Part shown: piece by piece, positions 1 to 10,993 of the stretch
Layout: each line of letters starts with the position of its first letter
Numbering within the stretch: position 1 is the first letter of the stretch
Assembly (NCBI GenBank): GCA_025360745.1
Contig: JANYBP010000032.1
Span: 2,574-66,573 of the forward strand
Length of the DNA: 64,000 bases
DNA from: a bacterium
Lineage (GTDB): Bacteria > Verrucomicrobiota > Kiritimatiellia > CAIKKV01 > CAIYGI01
Direction: 5' to 3'
Translations under genes and position numbers: made by a program
Notes under the pieces: model-generated
Told to the model about the DNA's origin: nothing
What the model saw: the letters and a program-made list of their open reading frames with translations, nothing else
Databases searched by the model: none

Positions 1-606
1 ATCTGCTGTAGGTTGAGAACCTAGTCGCATAACGACGAAGAGAAGTGCGCCGACGCAACCTGCACAGAAACACAAGGACATTAAGAACGTGGTCCTTCCA
101 AGCAACCCAATTATAGTAAATCGCGCGAGAACCTCCAACAGACCAACTAGTGCAGCTACTCCCCCGGTAATCAGGCAGGATTGAAGCGTCCAGTATCGCG
201 ATACCTGCCGACTCTTGGCGATGATGAACTTCTTAGCATTCTCGATAGCGGCTTCGGCGCCTACAACATCGTCACAAAGTACGCTCGCAACCGCCTCACC
301 AAGAAGTCGCTTCGCCATTAGTTTCAAATCGTCTGGCCAATTGTGGACGATTGGCTCCAAAACGGCAACCTGATTCAGAATCTTGCGGACAGACGCTTTG
401 AGTGGCATTTCGTCTGTTAACTGTGAAGCCGTATCATCGCACTCCCAGTCTAGATCCAGTTCATTATCGACGAAGACGATCACTTCGCCACATTTCGGGT
501 GAGCGTTGTGGTAAATTAAATATTTCACCTCCGATTCATTTCCGTCGAGAACATACTTCCCGTTGTACCGCTGCACAGTATTTTGTAACTTTAGTACTTC
601 GCTCAT
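1..606 (-). CDS. Hypothetical protein, partial. The ORF runs off the window start. It has a soluble N-terminal region followed by C-terminal transmembrane helices, and its ATG overlaps the hsdS stop.
   Basis: Manual reverse-complement translation of 606..1 gives an open frame of at least 202 aa with no stop (MSEVLKLQNTVQRYNGKYVLDG ... hydrophobic LITGGVAALVGLLEVLARFTIIGLL). The ATGA start/stop overlap with hsdS suggests translational coupling. It is absent from the ORF track because there is no stop in the window. GC is lower than the chromosome average. Confidence 0.45.
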   Translation of the reverse strand, partial: MSEVLKLQNTVQRYNGKYVLDGNESEVKYLIYHNAHPKCGEVIVFVDNELDLDWECDDTASQLTDEMPLKASVRKILNQVAVLEPIVHNWPDDLKLMAKRLLGEAVASVLCDDVVGAEAAIENAKKFIIAKSRQVSRYWTLQSCLITGGVAALVGLLEVLARFTIIGLLGRTTFLMSLCFCAGCVGALLFVVMRLGSQPTAD

Positions 607-1922
607 GGCGCATTGTCTTTTCCGGTTGCATTCAATTGTCCGTTCAGTAACTTCGGCAGCAGAGAATCGCGTAAAGCGGCTAGGGTGCGAGATTGATAGT
701 CGTTGTCAGTCATTTTGAGGTGAATTGTGGCAACTGTGCTGTCAAATACCTTCATCAAAGCGAGAGGCGGCACGACAATCTTCAACTGACGAAGGTAGGT
801 TACGGGCTGGGAAATGGACGGCACGCCAGTGGATGAGGTGTTCGCAAGGAGCCGGTGCTGGCCTTCGGGGGTCTTGAAATACGATGCAATGAAAAAAGGT
901 GACATTAGGGAGCGATTGCAGCGCATGTAAAATTGCCGTTGAGAAACTATGTAACGCTCGTAGCGCGAAGTCTTCGGTATGTACGCGACTTGGCCAATAT
1001 TGCCCGCGTGAGTGAAAATAACGTCGCCCCTCTGTACATTGGAGCGCTTGAGATGGTCCGCATGTTCCACGGTAACGAAGTTGAACTCAGAGTCATAAAG
1101 CATAATGCCACGAAGGTGCTGGCCGCTGACGACTGGTATGCCTTCGGACACAAATGTACAAACCTTGATGTCAGAACCGAATGGTCCAATAGCAACACGT
1201 TCGGCGAGTTCTTCAATGGTCTTCAATTTCCATCCCTGCGGTATTGACCCGAGAGGTGATTCTTGGAAGGTAACAGGAAAGAGGGCGGAGATGGCTTTGT
1301 CGATGCCAGTGGGTTTGCGGCCGTCGAGTTTGGCGCGGACGGGGTCGAAATCCACGAACCAACTTTGGAACAGCGCCCGTGCCATTGTCTCCAGAGTCGC
1401 GTTCATCCGCCGATTCAACTCGATCTTGTCGTCCAACGCTCCGAGGATGTGGGCAATGCGGCGCTGGGTGGGGAGAGGGGGGACCGCCACTTCAAACCCG
1501 GCCAACGTCTCGGCTGGAACCCGTTGACGTCCAGAACTGCCAGTCATCTGACCAATGGCAAATTGCCGAAAGTCCGGCCACATCGTCAGATAGTAGGCGT
1601 AATCGTCCGTCGTAACACCTTCTCGACCACGGATAACAATGAACTCCGTGGAGCCAAAACCAGCGCCTCCGTCAACCCTCGGGCGAAACATCGCGATCTT
1701 TCCGTTTTCCAAGCAAGGGGTAATTCGCGCCATGAGCGTATCGCCGGGCGCAAAGCGAGAACCGCCCCCCGTAAATTCGCGGTGCTCAGACTCACACACA
1801 CTTCGCGCACCGGGATCAACGGCCGCCATCTCGACAAACGGATAGACATTTCCGCGTTTTAGAGCAACGGTCGGGTTGACTGAAACAGCATCTGCAAAGG
1901 ATATGGTGCTCCACTCACCCAT
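603..1922 (-). CDS. hsdS: Type I restriction-modification specificity subunit HsdS
   Basis: 439 aa from the internal Met (MGEWSTISFADAV). There are two target-recognition-domain-like halves separated by conserved HsdS central and C-terminal helices (LPPLPTQRRIAHILGALDDKIELNRR ... LPKLLNGQL). It lies downstream of hsdM in the same operon. Confidence 0.85.
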   Translation of the reverse strand: MGEWSTISFADAVSVNPTVALKRGNVYPFVEMAAVDPGARSVCESEHREFTGGGSRFAPGDTLMARITPCLENGKIAMFRPRVDGGAGFGSTEFIVIRGREGVTTDDYAYYLTMWPDFRQFAIGQMTGSSGRQRVPAETLAGFEVAVPPLPTQRRIAHILGALDDKIELNRRMNATLETMARALFQSWFVDFDPVRAKLDGRKPTGIDKAISALFPVTFQESPLGSIPQGWKLKTIEELAERVAIGPFGSDIKVCTFVSEGIPVVSGQHLRGIMLYDSEFNFVTVEHADHLKRSNVQRGDVIFTHAGNIGQVAYIPKTSRYERYIVSQRQFYMRCNRSLMSPFFIASYFKTPEGQHRLLANTSSTGVPSISQPVTYLRQLKIVVPPLALMKVFDSTVATIHLKMTDNDYQSRTLAALRDSLLPKLLNGQLNATGKDNAP

Positions 1923-2245
1923 TTCGCCCTCCCTTCCGACGGGTAGGCCGCTTCTTCTCTCCCTCTCCCCCTGGGAGAGGGCCGGGGTGAGGGTGCGCTT
2001 CGGCGCATACGAACAGCACATACTCGCTCAGCACATCGAGAGCAAGGGTCTTGCCTGTTTTGATGGCAGCGAGGTGGTCGGGGGTGAGGGTGGCGACATC
2101 ACCGCCCCAGCGGCGGCCAAATGGCGTTTCCGCTCCGTTCGATGCGTCGAACGGAGCGTGGACAATCGCTACGGTGGATTTGGGACTCATTTGTTGCAGC
2201 CTGGGAACGGATTGTCTGCCTTCTTGGCGTTGGTCCTTTCTTCTT

Positions 2246-3670
2246 TCACTCGCCATAACCCGCTCCTCTTTTCGTCGAGTCTTGCGCGGGGGACAGCACT
2301 TCCCAGTGTCCGCCTTTGTCGGGGCCGATGCGGCGGAGGCGGTTGTCAGCGATCAACTTTTGCAGGTTACGTTCAATCGTGCGCGTTGTCACACCTGTGG
2401 CGCTGGCCATGTCGGCAATAGATGTCTTGGGATTGTCGGTCAGAATCCCCAGAATTATCTCCGACATTTTCTCCGACATTTTCTCCGACGCAGCCAGGGA
2501 ACCCGTCTTGCCCGTTTTTTGTTTTCTTGGTGTTTTCTTGGTGTTTTCTTGGTGTTTCTCCGACACTTCGGGTTTGAACAGGAACGAAGGCCGGGCGAAA
2601 GCCACGATGAAGATGCCGGCGATCTCCTTGAACTGGACATCGGGCGCATTTCGCAGAATCAGCGGCATGCCACGTCCCCATGCCTCGACCATGTGGATGC
2701 GCCGGAACATTTCGCAAATCAGGGGGTTGCGCCGCTTGGAAACATGACCTGTGCGAATGGTTTCCAGCGTCAGGCCGCCATACAGGCAACCGGGGTTGCG
2801 AATCTCCACGCGATCCTTAAAAATCGCCACCTGCACATAATCCGGGTCGCGGTAATCGCGGTGGCAGAAGGCGTTGATGATGGCCTCGCGCAGAGCCTCC
2901 ACGGAGATTTCGGGGACATCCTTGCGGTAGAGCCCTTCAAGGCGCATGCCGATGTGGATGTTCTTGAAGACATACTTCTGGGCTTCCTCGATCAGCTCCA
3001 GAATGGCGCCACGGAAGTCATGACGGTCGATGATCGTAGCGCTGTCGGTGGTCGCGAACACGGCGCAACGCAGTTCCATGGGCGGCTCTTTGTCAAAGAA
3101 CAGGGGCGCGGCATTTGCCAGCTTCCCTTTTCGGAGCAGTCCCAGTTTGTCCAGCGCGTTTGCGGGTGTGTCCCACGACAGACCGGCGCGCTTCACAAAG
3201 GCCCGCAGCGTGGTGCGATTCAGGTCGGCAATGGCCTTGTGGCTGGGTTGGTCATCCCAGTGATGGCGCTCGTCATGCTTGTGCAGAATCAGCCGCTCAA
3301 TCTCCTTGGGCGTCAGTTGACGGTCCTCATCCGCCACGCGCATGTAGGAGCGTCCGTAGGCGTAGTAGGGCGCGTCCGCGCCCTCGAACGTGATCTTGAT
3401 GCAGCCGGCCGCACCGACGGTTTCCTTGGTGACATGCGGGTAGATGCGCGGCTCGATGTGGGCGGCAACGGCTTGCGAGATGTCGCGCAAGGTCTTCTCG
3501 GGAAAATCCACCCTGGCGGGGGCGCCGTCGTTCCGGATGCCGAACCAAAGTTCGCCCTTCCCGTGCTTGTTGAGCATGGCAGCGATGGAGATCAGCCCCT
3601 CCTTGAGTTCTGCCAGGCTCTTCTTGAATTCTCTGGTTTCCGATTCGTTCATGGGTTCAGGCGCCGCCAT
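2246..3670 (-). CDS. AlbA_2 (Schlafen-like divergent AAA) + HATPase_c_4 + C-terminal wHTH protein. This is the RecG-C-terminal-like putative ATP-binding regulator that is commonly embedded in Type I R-M loci.
   Basis: The N-terminal [19 protein letters not shown] is typical of the AlbA_2 domain. The central region ([27 protein letters not shown]) resembles the HATPase_c_4 ATP-binding region. The C-terminal [25 protein letters not shown] looks like a wHTH. It overlaps hsdM by about 14 nt. Confidence 0.7.
   Translation of the reverse strand: MAAPEPMNESETREFKKSLAELKEGLISIAAMLNKHGKGELWFGIRNDGAPARVDFPEKTLRDISQAVAAHIEPRIYPHVTKETVGAAGCIKITFEGADAPYYAYGRSYMRVADEDRQLTPKEIERLILHKHDERHHWDDQPSHKAIADLNRTTLRAFVKRAGLSWDTPANALDKLGLLRKGKLANAAPLFFDKEPPMELRCAVFATTDSATIIDRHDFRGAILELIEEAQKYVFKNIHIGMRLEGLYRKDVPEISVEALREAIINAFCHRDYRDPDYVQVAIFKDRVEIRNPGCLYGGLTLETIRTGHVSKRRNPLICEMFRRIHMVEAWGRGMPLILRNAPDVQFKEIAGIFIVAFARPSFLFKPEVSEKHQENTKKTPRKQKTGKTGSLAASEKMSEKMSEIILGILTDNPKTSIADMASATGVTTRTIERNLQKLIADNRLRRIGPDKGGHWEVLSPAQDSTKRGAGYGE
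2516..2548. repeat. Perfect 11-nt tandem repeat GTTTTCTTGGT x3, with an adjacent 12-nt repeat (CTCCGACATTTT x2.5 at 2458..2490), inside the coding linker of the AlbA_2/HATPase gene.
   Basis: Seen directly in sequence. It encodes a low-complexity Lys/Thr/Pro-rich linker ([26 protein letters not shown]) between the ATPase and HTH parts. Confidence 0.85.
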
Positions 3671-5228
3671 ACCCCAGACCTTTCAGGTTGGCGCGGATAG
3701 CCTTCTCCAGTTTCGCGGATTCCTTGAACTGCTCTTCCAGTTCGGCGATGAGGCGCGGCATCTTTTCTTCGAAGGGGTCGCCGTCATCTTCCACTTCCTC
3801 GGCGCCGACGTAGCGACCGGGCGTGAGAACATGGCCGTGCGTGGCAATTTCGGCGGTGGTGGCGGATTTGCAGAAACCGGCGATATCTTCGTACTTGTCT
3901 GCACCTTTCTCCCCACGCCAGGCATGGTAGGTGCTGACGATCTTAACGATGTCGGCGTCGGTCAACTCGCGGTGAACGCGGTCGACGAGGGCGCCCATCT
4001 TGCGAGCGTCAATGAAGAGGGTCTGTTTGCGGCGGTCGCGGAAGCCGCGTTTGGCGTCGGCGCCCTTACTTTTCGTCAGGAACCAGAGACAGACGGGTAT
4101 TTGGGTGCTGTAGAAAAGCTGGCCGGGCATTGCGACCATGCAATCCACGAGGTCGGCTTCGATTAGTGCCTTGCGAATCTTGCCTTCGCCGGACTGGTTG
4201 GACGACATGCTGCCGTTGGCGAGCACGAAGCCGGCCATGCCGCGCGGCGCGAGGTGGTGGATGAAGTGCTGAACCCAGGCGAAGTTGGCGTTGCCCTTCG
4301 GTGGATCCCCAAACTGCCAACGCACGTCATCGTCTTTGCGGAACCAGTCGGAGTCGTTGAATGGCGGGTTGGCCAAAACGAAGTCGGCACGAAGGTCGGG
4401 ATGCAGGTCGCAGCGAAAGGTGTCGGCCTGTTCGGGGCCAAAGTCGGCTTCGATGCCGCGCAGGGCAAGGTTCATCACGGCAAGGCGGCGGGTGGTGGCG
4501 TTGCTTTCCTGGCCATAGATGCTGATGTCGCCTATCTTGCCGCCGTGGGCTTCGACGAACTTCTCGGACTGCACGAACATACCGCCGGACCCGCAGCAAG
4601 GGTCGTAAATGCGACCCTTGTATGGCGCGAGCATCTCGACGAGAACGCGTACGACGCATTGCGGCGTGTAAAACTGGCCGCCGTTTTTGCCTTCCGCGCT
4701 GGCGAATTGGGTGAGAAAATACTCATAGACCCGGCCGAGGATGTCCTTGGCGCGGTTTTCCTTATCTCCGAGTCCAATCGTGGCGATGAGGTCAATGAGT
4801 TCGCCGAGGCGTTGTTTGTCGAGCGCCGGTCGGGCGTAGTCCTTGGGCAGGACGCCCTTGAGACGAGGGTTGTCGCGCTCGATGGCGACCATGGCATCAT
4901 CAATGATCTTGCCGATAGCCGGTTGCTTGGCGCTGTTCTGGAGGTAGTCCCAGCGAGCGCCGGGCGGGACCCAGAAGACGTTCTCGGCCTTGTATTCGTC
5001 CTGGTCTTCGGGATTGGCGCCGGCGTAGTTGCCCTTGCCGGCTACGAGTTTAGCGTGGTGTTCCTCGAACGTGTCCGAGATGTACTTCAGGAAGATCAAT
5101 CCCAGGACAATGTGCTTGTACTCGGCCGCGTCCATGTTGTTGCGGAGTTTGTCTGCCGTCAGCCAGAGTTTGGCCTCGAAGCCGAGGTTGGCGGCCGTGC
5201 TGTTCTGCTGCTTGCTCGTCCTTACCAT
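3657..5228 (-). CDS. hsdM: Type I restriction-modification DNA methyltransferase subunit HsdM (N6-adenine)
   Basis: 523 aa. The HsdM N-terminal domain is recognisable ([32 protein letters not shown]). The AdoMet motif (DPCCGSGGM) and catalytic NPPF ([11 protein letters not shown]) are both present. Confidence 0.9.
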   Translation of the reverse strand: MVRTSKQQNSTAANLGFEAKLWLTADKLRNNMDAAEYKHIVLGLIFLKYISDTFEEHHAKLVAGKGNYAGANPEDQDEYKAENVFWVPPGARWDYLQNSAKQPAIGKIIDDAMVAIERDNPRLKGVLPKDYARPALDKQRLGELIDLIATIGLGDKENRAKDILGRVYEYFLTQFASAEGKNGGQFYTPQCVVRVLVEMLAPYKGRIYDPCCGSGGMFVQSEKFVEAHGGKIGDISIYGQESNATTRRLAVMNLALRGIEADFGPEQADTFRCDLHPDLRADFVLANPPFNDSDWFRKDDDVRWQFGDPPKGNANFAWVQHFIHHLAPRGMAGFVLANGSMSSNQSGEGKIRKALIEADLVDCMVAMPGQLFYSTQIPVCLWFLTKSKGADAKRGFRDRRKQTLFIDARKMGALVDRVHRELTDADIVKIVSTYHAWRGEKGADKYEDIAGFCKSATTAEIATHGHVLTPGRYVGAEEVEDDGDPFEEKMPRLIAELEEQFKESAKLEKAIRANLKGLGYGGA

Positions 5229-5383
5229 GGCATCCTTTGTTAGTTCCGCAGAGTTCTTGCACTAACGTCGTATACATGAACCGGCCATTATGTTCAATAA
5301 GTGGCGTTTGATATACACGCCATCAGAACATATAGCATCTTCGCCGATTTACGAACAAGTAATCTCTCGACCCAAGCTCAAAC

Positions 5384-6337
<954 letters not shown>

Positions 6338-6355
6338 TTCTTTACCTTTCGTTTT

Positions 6356-9004
6356 TTATACTTCGCAGACAAATTCGTAGCTCCCCGCTTCCACCTCGTA
6401 GACCGCGCGCCCGGCCTCCTTCGTTTCCGATGGCCGTACGCCCTCGGATTTCGAGGCCGGCCTGCCGCCCTCGGTGACCGTGGCGGAATGCCGGGCGGGC
6501 AACGAGACCGTGGCCGTGGTGTTCGGCGGAACCACGATATCGAAGCTCGCGCGTCCCTGTTCGCGCCGCCACGCGACGCTCAGGATGCCGTAGGGGGTGT
6601 GCGTGCTGGCCTCCACCCACGCCAGATCGCCCACCAGCTGCGGCCGGATCACGGCATGCTTGAAGCCGGGCTGCGCGGCGTCGGGCTGGATGCCGGCCAG
6701 CGCGTAGTAGAGCCAGGCGCCAATGTCGCTGAACATGTGGTGATTCCGCGAAAAGTTGCCGTCCCAGGTTTCCCAGAGCGTGGTCGCGCCCTGCTTGCGC
6801 CAGAGGCCCCAGCTCGGATAATCCTCCTGCGTGGCAATCTTATAGGCCAGTTCGGCCTGCCCGCTGTCGGTCAGCACCCGCATCACGAATTTGGCGCCGA
6901 GAATTCCACACTCCAGATGTTCGTGGCAGGCCGTCACGCGTTCCAGCAGCGCCGCCAGGACCTTGTCGCGGCGCGCCGGATCGACCAGTTCATGAAAAAG
7001 CGCCGCGGCCATCGAGGTCTGGTTTTCGCCCGCAAACATGCCGCTCCCGGGGATCGCGAAAGTTTTCAAAAAGGCGCGCCGGATGCGGGCGGCCAGCTTC
7101 GCGTAACGCGCGGCCTCGACGCGCTTGCCCAGCAGTTCCGCCACCCGCGCCACCTGCCGCGCGAAGGAGAAATAGTAGGCGGTGTTGGTCAACGCCGCGG
7201 GACACTTGTACCCGCCGACACCGCCCTCGGGGGGACACCAGTCGCCCAGTCCGAACGTCACGATATAGCCGTCGGCAATCTTGTCGAGAAATTCGAGATA
7301 GCGCCGCATCCCCGCGTAGTGCCGTTCGAGGATGCCGCGGTCGCCGCGGTAAAGGTAGAGATTCCAGGGCAGCGTGAAGTAGGCGGCGTCCCAGGCCGGA
7401 CCGGCGCCCCAATTATATCCGTGTCCGCCGGTCGGCAGCATGCCGGGAAAAGCCCCGCTGCCCCGCTGACTGTCGGTAAAGTCGTCGAGCCACTTGGTGT
7501 AGGAGGAGGCGGCATCGAAGTTGTAAAGCATCTGATCGCTCGAGAGCGAGGCGTCGCCCGTCCAGCCGTTTTTCTCGCGGTGCGGACAGTCGGTGGGCAT
7601 GCCGTGGTAGTTGCCGAGCGTGGACCAGCGCACGGCGTGCTGAAGCCATGTCAGCAGTTCGTTCGAGCAGGAGAAGTGACCGATCGACTCCAGATCGGTG
7701 TGGACGACCCGCCCCTGCAGCGTGTGCTCGGTCGGTGTCTCCGGCAGTCCCGTCACCTGCACATATTGGAAGCCATGGTAGGCGAACCGCGATTCGAAGC
7801 TCTCATTTTGGCCGCCGCGCAGGATGTAGGTGTCGATTTGAAACGGCATGTCCTTGACATGGCGCTGGATGTTGGAGGCGTCGATCTCGCCGTTCGCGGC
7901 CAGTTTTTCGGCATAGCGCAGCTCGACCTGGGCGCCGGCCGGGCCTGTTACGTTCAAGCGCGCCCAGCCGGAGATATTCTGTCCAAGATCGAAGACCCAC
8001 ACGCCGGGCTTTGGTTCATGGCGCGCCACCGGCGTGGTGGTTTGCGTCACCCGGCAGGGTGGCATGATCATCGCGCGCAGCGGCCCGCCCGGCGGCCGCG
8101 CGAGCACGACCGGTTTCCAGGCGCGCGCGTCGAATCCGGCCGTGTCCCAGCCCGGCTGTTCCTCGCGCGCATCGTAGACTTCACCGGAGCGCAGGCCGTC
8201 GAAACGGATCGGACTCGCGCTCCAGCGCCACGCCGAATCGCTGGCGATGGTCTGCCGCGAACCGTCGGTGAAAGTCACCTCGATCTGCGCCAGCGCCTTG
8301 ACGACATCGCGCCAGGGCGCCTGGGCGAATTCCCAGGCGGAGGAATGGCAGTTGTACCAGCCCGAACCCAGCCAGATGCCGACGGCGTTGACGCCGGACT
8401 GCAGCAAAGCGGTCACGTCATAGACGGTATACAGCGCCCGGAGATCGTACCTGGTGAAGGCCGGATGCAGCACCGCATCGCCCACGCGCTGACCATTCAG
8501 GTGGAACTCGTGAAAACCGAGACCGCAGACGTAGGCGCGCGCCGATGCCACGGGGCGATCGAGCCGGAACTCGTTGCGAAAAAATGGCGAGGGATCGACC
8601 TTCGCCTTGGGCGGTCCGTCCAGTTTGTATGTGATCCAGCGCGCGGACCAGTCACGCTCCTGGAGCAGTCCCATTTCCCAGCAGGCCGGCACGCTCAGCG
8701 CGCTGTTGCCGGAATTGTCCCAGACCTCGACCTGCCAGCAGACGCGCTGCCGCGAGCGCAACTTTGACCCGGCATAGGGAACCAAAACCGATTGCGCGCT
8801 CTCCACGCGGCCGCTGTCCCAGATATCCCCATCACCGGCGGCCAGGCGCGCGGCGCTTGAAGCCACGCGCAGCCGATATGCCGTCTGCCCCAGTCCCCGC
8901 CGCGTTCCGCTTAGTTCCCAGGACAGCCGCGGCTGCTGAGTCTCGACACCCAGCGGATTCACCGCATGTTCGCAGCGCATCCGTTCGATCGCGAATGTAT
9001 TCAT
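6356..9004 (-). CDS. Alpha-L-rhamnosidase, glycoside hydrolase family 78
   Basis: 882 aa. The N-terminal RMRCEHAVNPLGVETQQPRLSWEL is the characteristic bacterial rhamnosidase N-terminal domain motif. Size and domain order fit GH78. Confidence 0.8.
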   Translation of the reverse strand: MNTFAIERMRCEHAVNPLGVETQQPRLSWELSGTRRGLGQTAYRLRVASSAARLAAGDGDIWDSGRVESAQSVLVPYAGSKLRSRQRVCWQVEVWDNSGNSALSVPACWEMGLLQERDWSARWITYKLDGPPKAKVDPSPFFRNEFRLDRPVASARAYVCGLGFHEFHLNGQRVGDAVLHPAFTRYDLRALYTVYDVTALLQSGVNAVGIWLGSGWYNCHSSAWEFAQAPWRDVVKALAQIEVTFTDGSRQTIASDSAWRWSASPIRFDGLRSGEVYDAREEQPGWDTAGFDARAWKPVVLARPPGGPLRAMIMPPCRVTQTTTPVARHEPKPGVWVFDLGQNISGWARLNVTGPAGAQVELRYAEKLAANGEIDASNIQRHVKDMPFQIDTYILRGGQNESFESRFAYHGFQYVQVTGLPETPTEHTLQGRVVHTDLESIGHFSCSNELLTWLQHAVRWSTLGNYHGMPTDCPHREKNGWTGDASLSSDQMLYNFDAASSYTKWLDDFTDSQRGSGAFPGMLPTGGHGYNWGAGPAWDAAYFTLPWNLYLYRGDRGILERHYAGMRRYLEFLDKIADGYIVTFGLGDWCPPEGGVGGYKCPAALTNTAYYFSFARQVARVAELLGKRVEAARYAKLAARIRRAFLKTFAIPGSGMFAGENQTSMAAALFHELVDPARRDKVLAALLERVTACHEHLECGILGAKFVMRVLTDSGQAELAYKIATQEDYPSWGLWRKQGATTLWETWDGNFSRNHHMFSDIGAWLYYALAGIQPDAAQPGFKHAVIRPQLVGDLAWVEASTHTPYGILSVAWRREQGRASFDIVVPPNTTATVSLPARHSATVTEGGRPASKSEGVRPSETKEAGRAVYEVEAGSYEFVCEV

Positions 9005-9034
9005 AAATCAGCACTCCATTGAGATCAGGAGGCA

Positions 9035-9058
9035 GGGTTCGGGGTTCGGGGTTCAGGG
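9035..9058. repeat. Heptanucleotide tandem repeat GGGTTCR x3
   Basis: Seen in sequence (gggttcggggttcggggttcaggg), 30-55 nt upstream of the rhamnosidase start codon. Confidence 0.8.
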
Positions 9059-9130
9059 TGCATATCTCATAAACTCAGATAATACGATCTGCTTCTGGAC
9101 ACCAGTCAAAATTTCCTCCGTCTTCCGAGT

Positions 9131-9236
9131 TCTGACCTCCGGCCTCCGACCTCCGACCTCCGACCTCTGACTTCTGACCTCTGACTTCTGACTTCTGACT
9201 TCTGACCTCTGACTTCTGACCTCCGACCTCCGACTT
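9131..9236. repeat. Heptanucleotide tandem array TCYGRCY, about 15 copies
   Basis: Seen in sequence (tctgacc tccggcc tccgacc tccgacc tccgacc tctgact tctgacc ...). It is intergenic, between the NUDIX stop and the rhamnosidase start. Its reverse complement (mRNA sense for the rhamnosidase) reads GGTCGGA/GGTCAGA repeats that contain GGAGG. Confidence 0.85.
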
Positions 9237-9687
9237 AAAGCAGCGTGCTGGCCCAGCATGGCGACACGCCTTTCCCGGCAGCATACCAGCGGGGCAGTTG
9301 CCGGCACAATGGCCGCGGTTCCAAGCGCGCGGCGGCCAGACTTTCGAGCGAAATCCAGCGAAAACCGATCCAATCCTCCGCGGAGGCGGGATCGGCGCTG
9401 GTCGACAATGCCGGGCAAGTCACGGCAAACACGAAGTTAACCTCGCAATGAACCTGGCCCTTTTGCCGGTAGGTATGCTCCACCGCCCCCAAAAAACGTC
9501 CCACCCTGGCAGGCACGCCGAGTTCTTCCCGCCACTCCCGCGCCAGCGCCGTGACGGCCGCTTCGCCAAATTCCACGTGCCCGCCGGGAAGATATACGTT
9601 GTCCGCCCCGCGCCCCTGGCAGACCAGCAACCGGCCGCGCCGCACCAGTACGCCGCGCGCCATGACTTCAATTGGTTTGTTCGACAT
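9235..9687 (-). CDS. NUDIX hydrolase
   Basis: About 150 aa from MSNKPIEV. The Nudix box GGHVEFGEAAVTALAREWREELG is present. Confidence 0.75.
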   Translation of the reverse strand: MSNKPIEVMARGVLVRRGRLLVCQGRGADNVYLPGGHVEFGEAAVTALAREWREELGVPARVGRFLGAVEHTYRQKGQVHCEVNFVFAVTCPALSTSADPASAEDWIGFRWISLESLAAARLEPRPLCRQLPRWYAAGKGVSPCWASTLL

Positions 9688-10993
9688 CGCCGCAGCCTTC
9701 CCGCAACGCCAGCACATCGCCGGCCAGAAACAACGATCCGCAGATCACCACCGCCCCACCCTGCGCCAGCGCCCAAGTCCGCGCCGCGGACAACGCGCTC
9801 GAAAGTTCATGCGTCGCCTCCACCGGCCAACCGCGCTCCCGCACCAGCGCCGCCAGCTCCACGGGCGAGAGACCGCGCGCGTGCAAAAGCGGCGCCGTCC
9901 AAACCCTCCGCACCGGCAGATTGAGCGAACGCAAAAATCCCCTGGCGTCCTTGTCCGCGCACATTCCCAGCACCAGCCCCACCGGCCGCTCTTTCAGCAA
10001 ATCGTGCAGCGCCACGCCCAGCGCATGCGCGGCGTCGGGATTATGCGCGCCATCAAGGAGCGTCGGCGGCTCGGTTTCCAGCACCTGCATGCGGCCCGGC
10101 CAACGCACGGCGGCCAGTCCCTTGCGCAACGCCCCCGCCGCCACCGGCGGCAGTCCCGCCGCGACCAGCATTTCGACAGTGGTCAGAACCGTCGCCAGAT
10201 TTTCCAACTGATGGCGTCCCAGCAGCGGCAGGCTGACCGTGCCGTAGTCCTGCTCAAGCGTCGCCATCGCGACCTTCTGTCCTTCCCAGGTTTCCGACAC
10301 ACGCCGCACGGTCGCGATGGCGGTGGACTCGACCAGCCGCGCACCGGCACGCTGCGCCGCCGCGGCCACGACATCGCGCGCGGCCTCGGGCATGGCGCCC
10401 AGCACCACCGGCCGGCCGGCCTTGATAATCCCGGCCTTCTCGCCGGCGATCGCCTCCAGGGTCGTCCCCAGATATTGCATGTGATCGAGCCCGATTCGCG
10501 TAATCACGGCGGTCAACGGCGTGACCACATTGGTGGCGTCCAGCCGTCCGCCCAGACCGGTTTCCAATACCACCAACGGCGCACCGGCATTGGCGAAATG
10601 TTGAAAGGCCAGAGCCGTCGTGACCTCGAAAAAAGTCGCCTCGCGCCCCATTTCCCTCGCCACCGCCGCCAGGTGCGGCTCCAACCCGGCGAACAGCGCG
10701 GCCAGCGCGTCATCCTCGATCGCCACACCATCGACCCGCATGCGTTCGTTAAACCGCACCAGATGCGGCGAGGTGTAGAGACCCACGCGCATCCCCGCCG
10801 CCCGCAGGACCGCGTCGAGCATCGCAGCCACAGAACCCTTACCGTTGGTGCCGGCAATGTGAATGGCCGCGCAGGTTCGTTCGGGGTGACCCAGCCGTTC
10901 CAGCAGCGCCTGCATGGTCTCCAGACCCGGTCGCAAACCAAACCGGCGCAACGCATAGAGCCGCCGCAATGTGTCGTTGAGCGCGGCATTCAT
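9668..10993 (-). CDS. folC: Bifunctional folylpolyglutamate synthase / dihydrofolate synthase
   Basis: 441 aa. The Mur-ligase-type P-loop (IHIAGTNGKGSV) is followed by YTSPHLVRFNERMRV, both characteristic of FolC. Confidence 0.8.
   Translation of the reverse strand: MNAALNDTLRRLYALRRFGLRPGLETMQALLERLGHPERTCAAIHIAGTNGKGSVAAMLDAVLRAAGMRVGLYTSPHLVRFNERMRVDGVAIEDDALAALFAGLEPHLAAVAREMGREATFFEVTTALAFQHFANAGAPLVVLETGLGGRLDATNVVTPLTAVITRIGLDHMQYLGTTLEAIAGEKAGIIKAGRPVVLGAMPEAARDVVAAAAQRAGARLVESTAIATVRRVSETWEGQKVAMATLEQDYGTVSLPLLGRHQLENLATVLTTVEMLVAAGLPPVAAGALRKGLAAVRWPGRMQVLETEPPTLLDGAHNPDAAHALGVALHDLLKERPVGLVLGMCADKDARGFLRSLNLPVRRVWTAPLLHARGLSPVELAALVRERGWPVEATHELSSALSAARTWALAQGGAVVICGSLFLAGDVLALREGCGDVEQTN

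Noticed and set aside
9131-9236. Possible CRISPR array
   Set aside because: The repeats are contiguous 7-mers with no spacers, so this is a microsatellite-like array, not CRISPR.
9075-9284. ORF encoding SEVRSQKSEV repeats
   Set aside because: It is merely the translation of the heptanucleotide tandem array and is intergenic.
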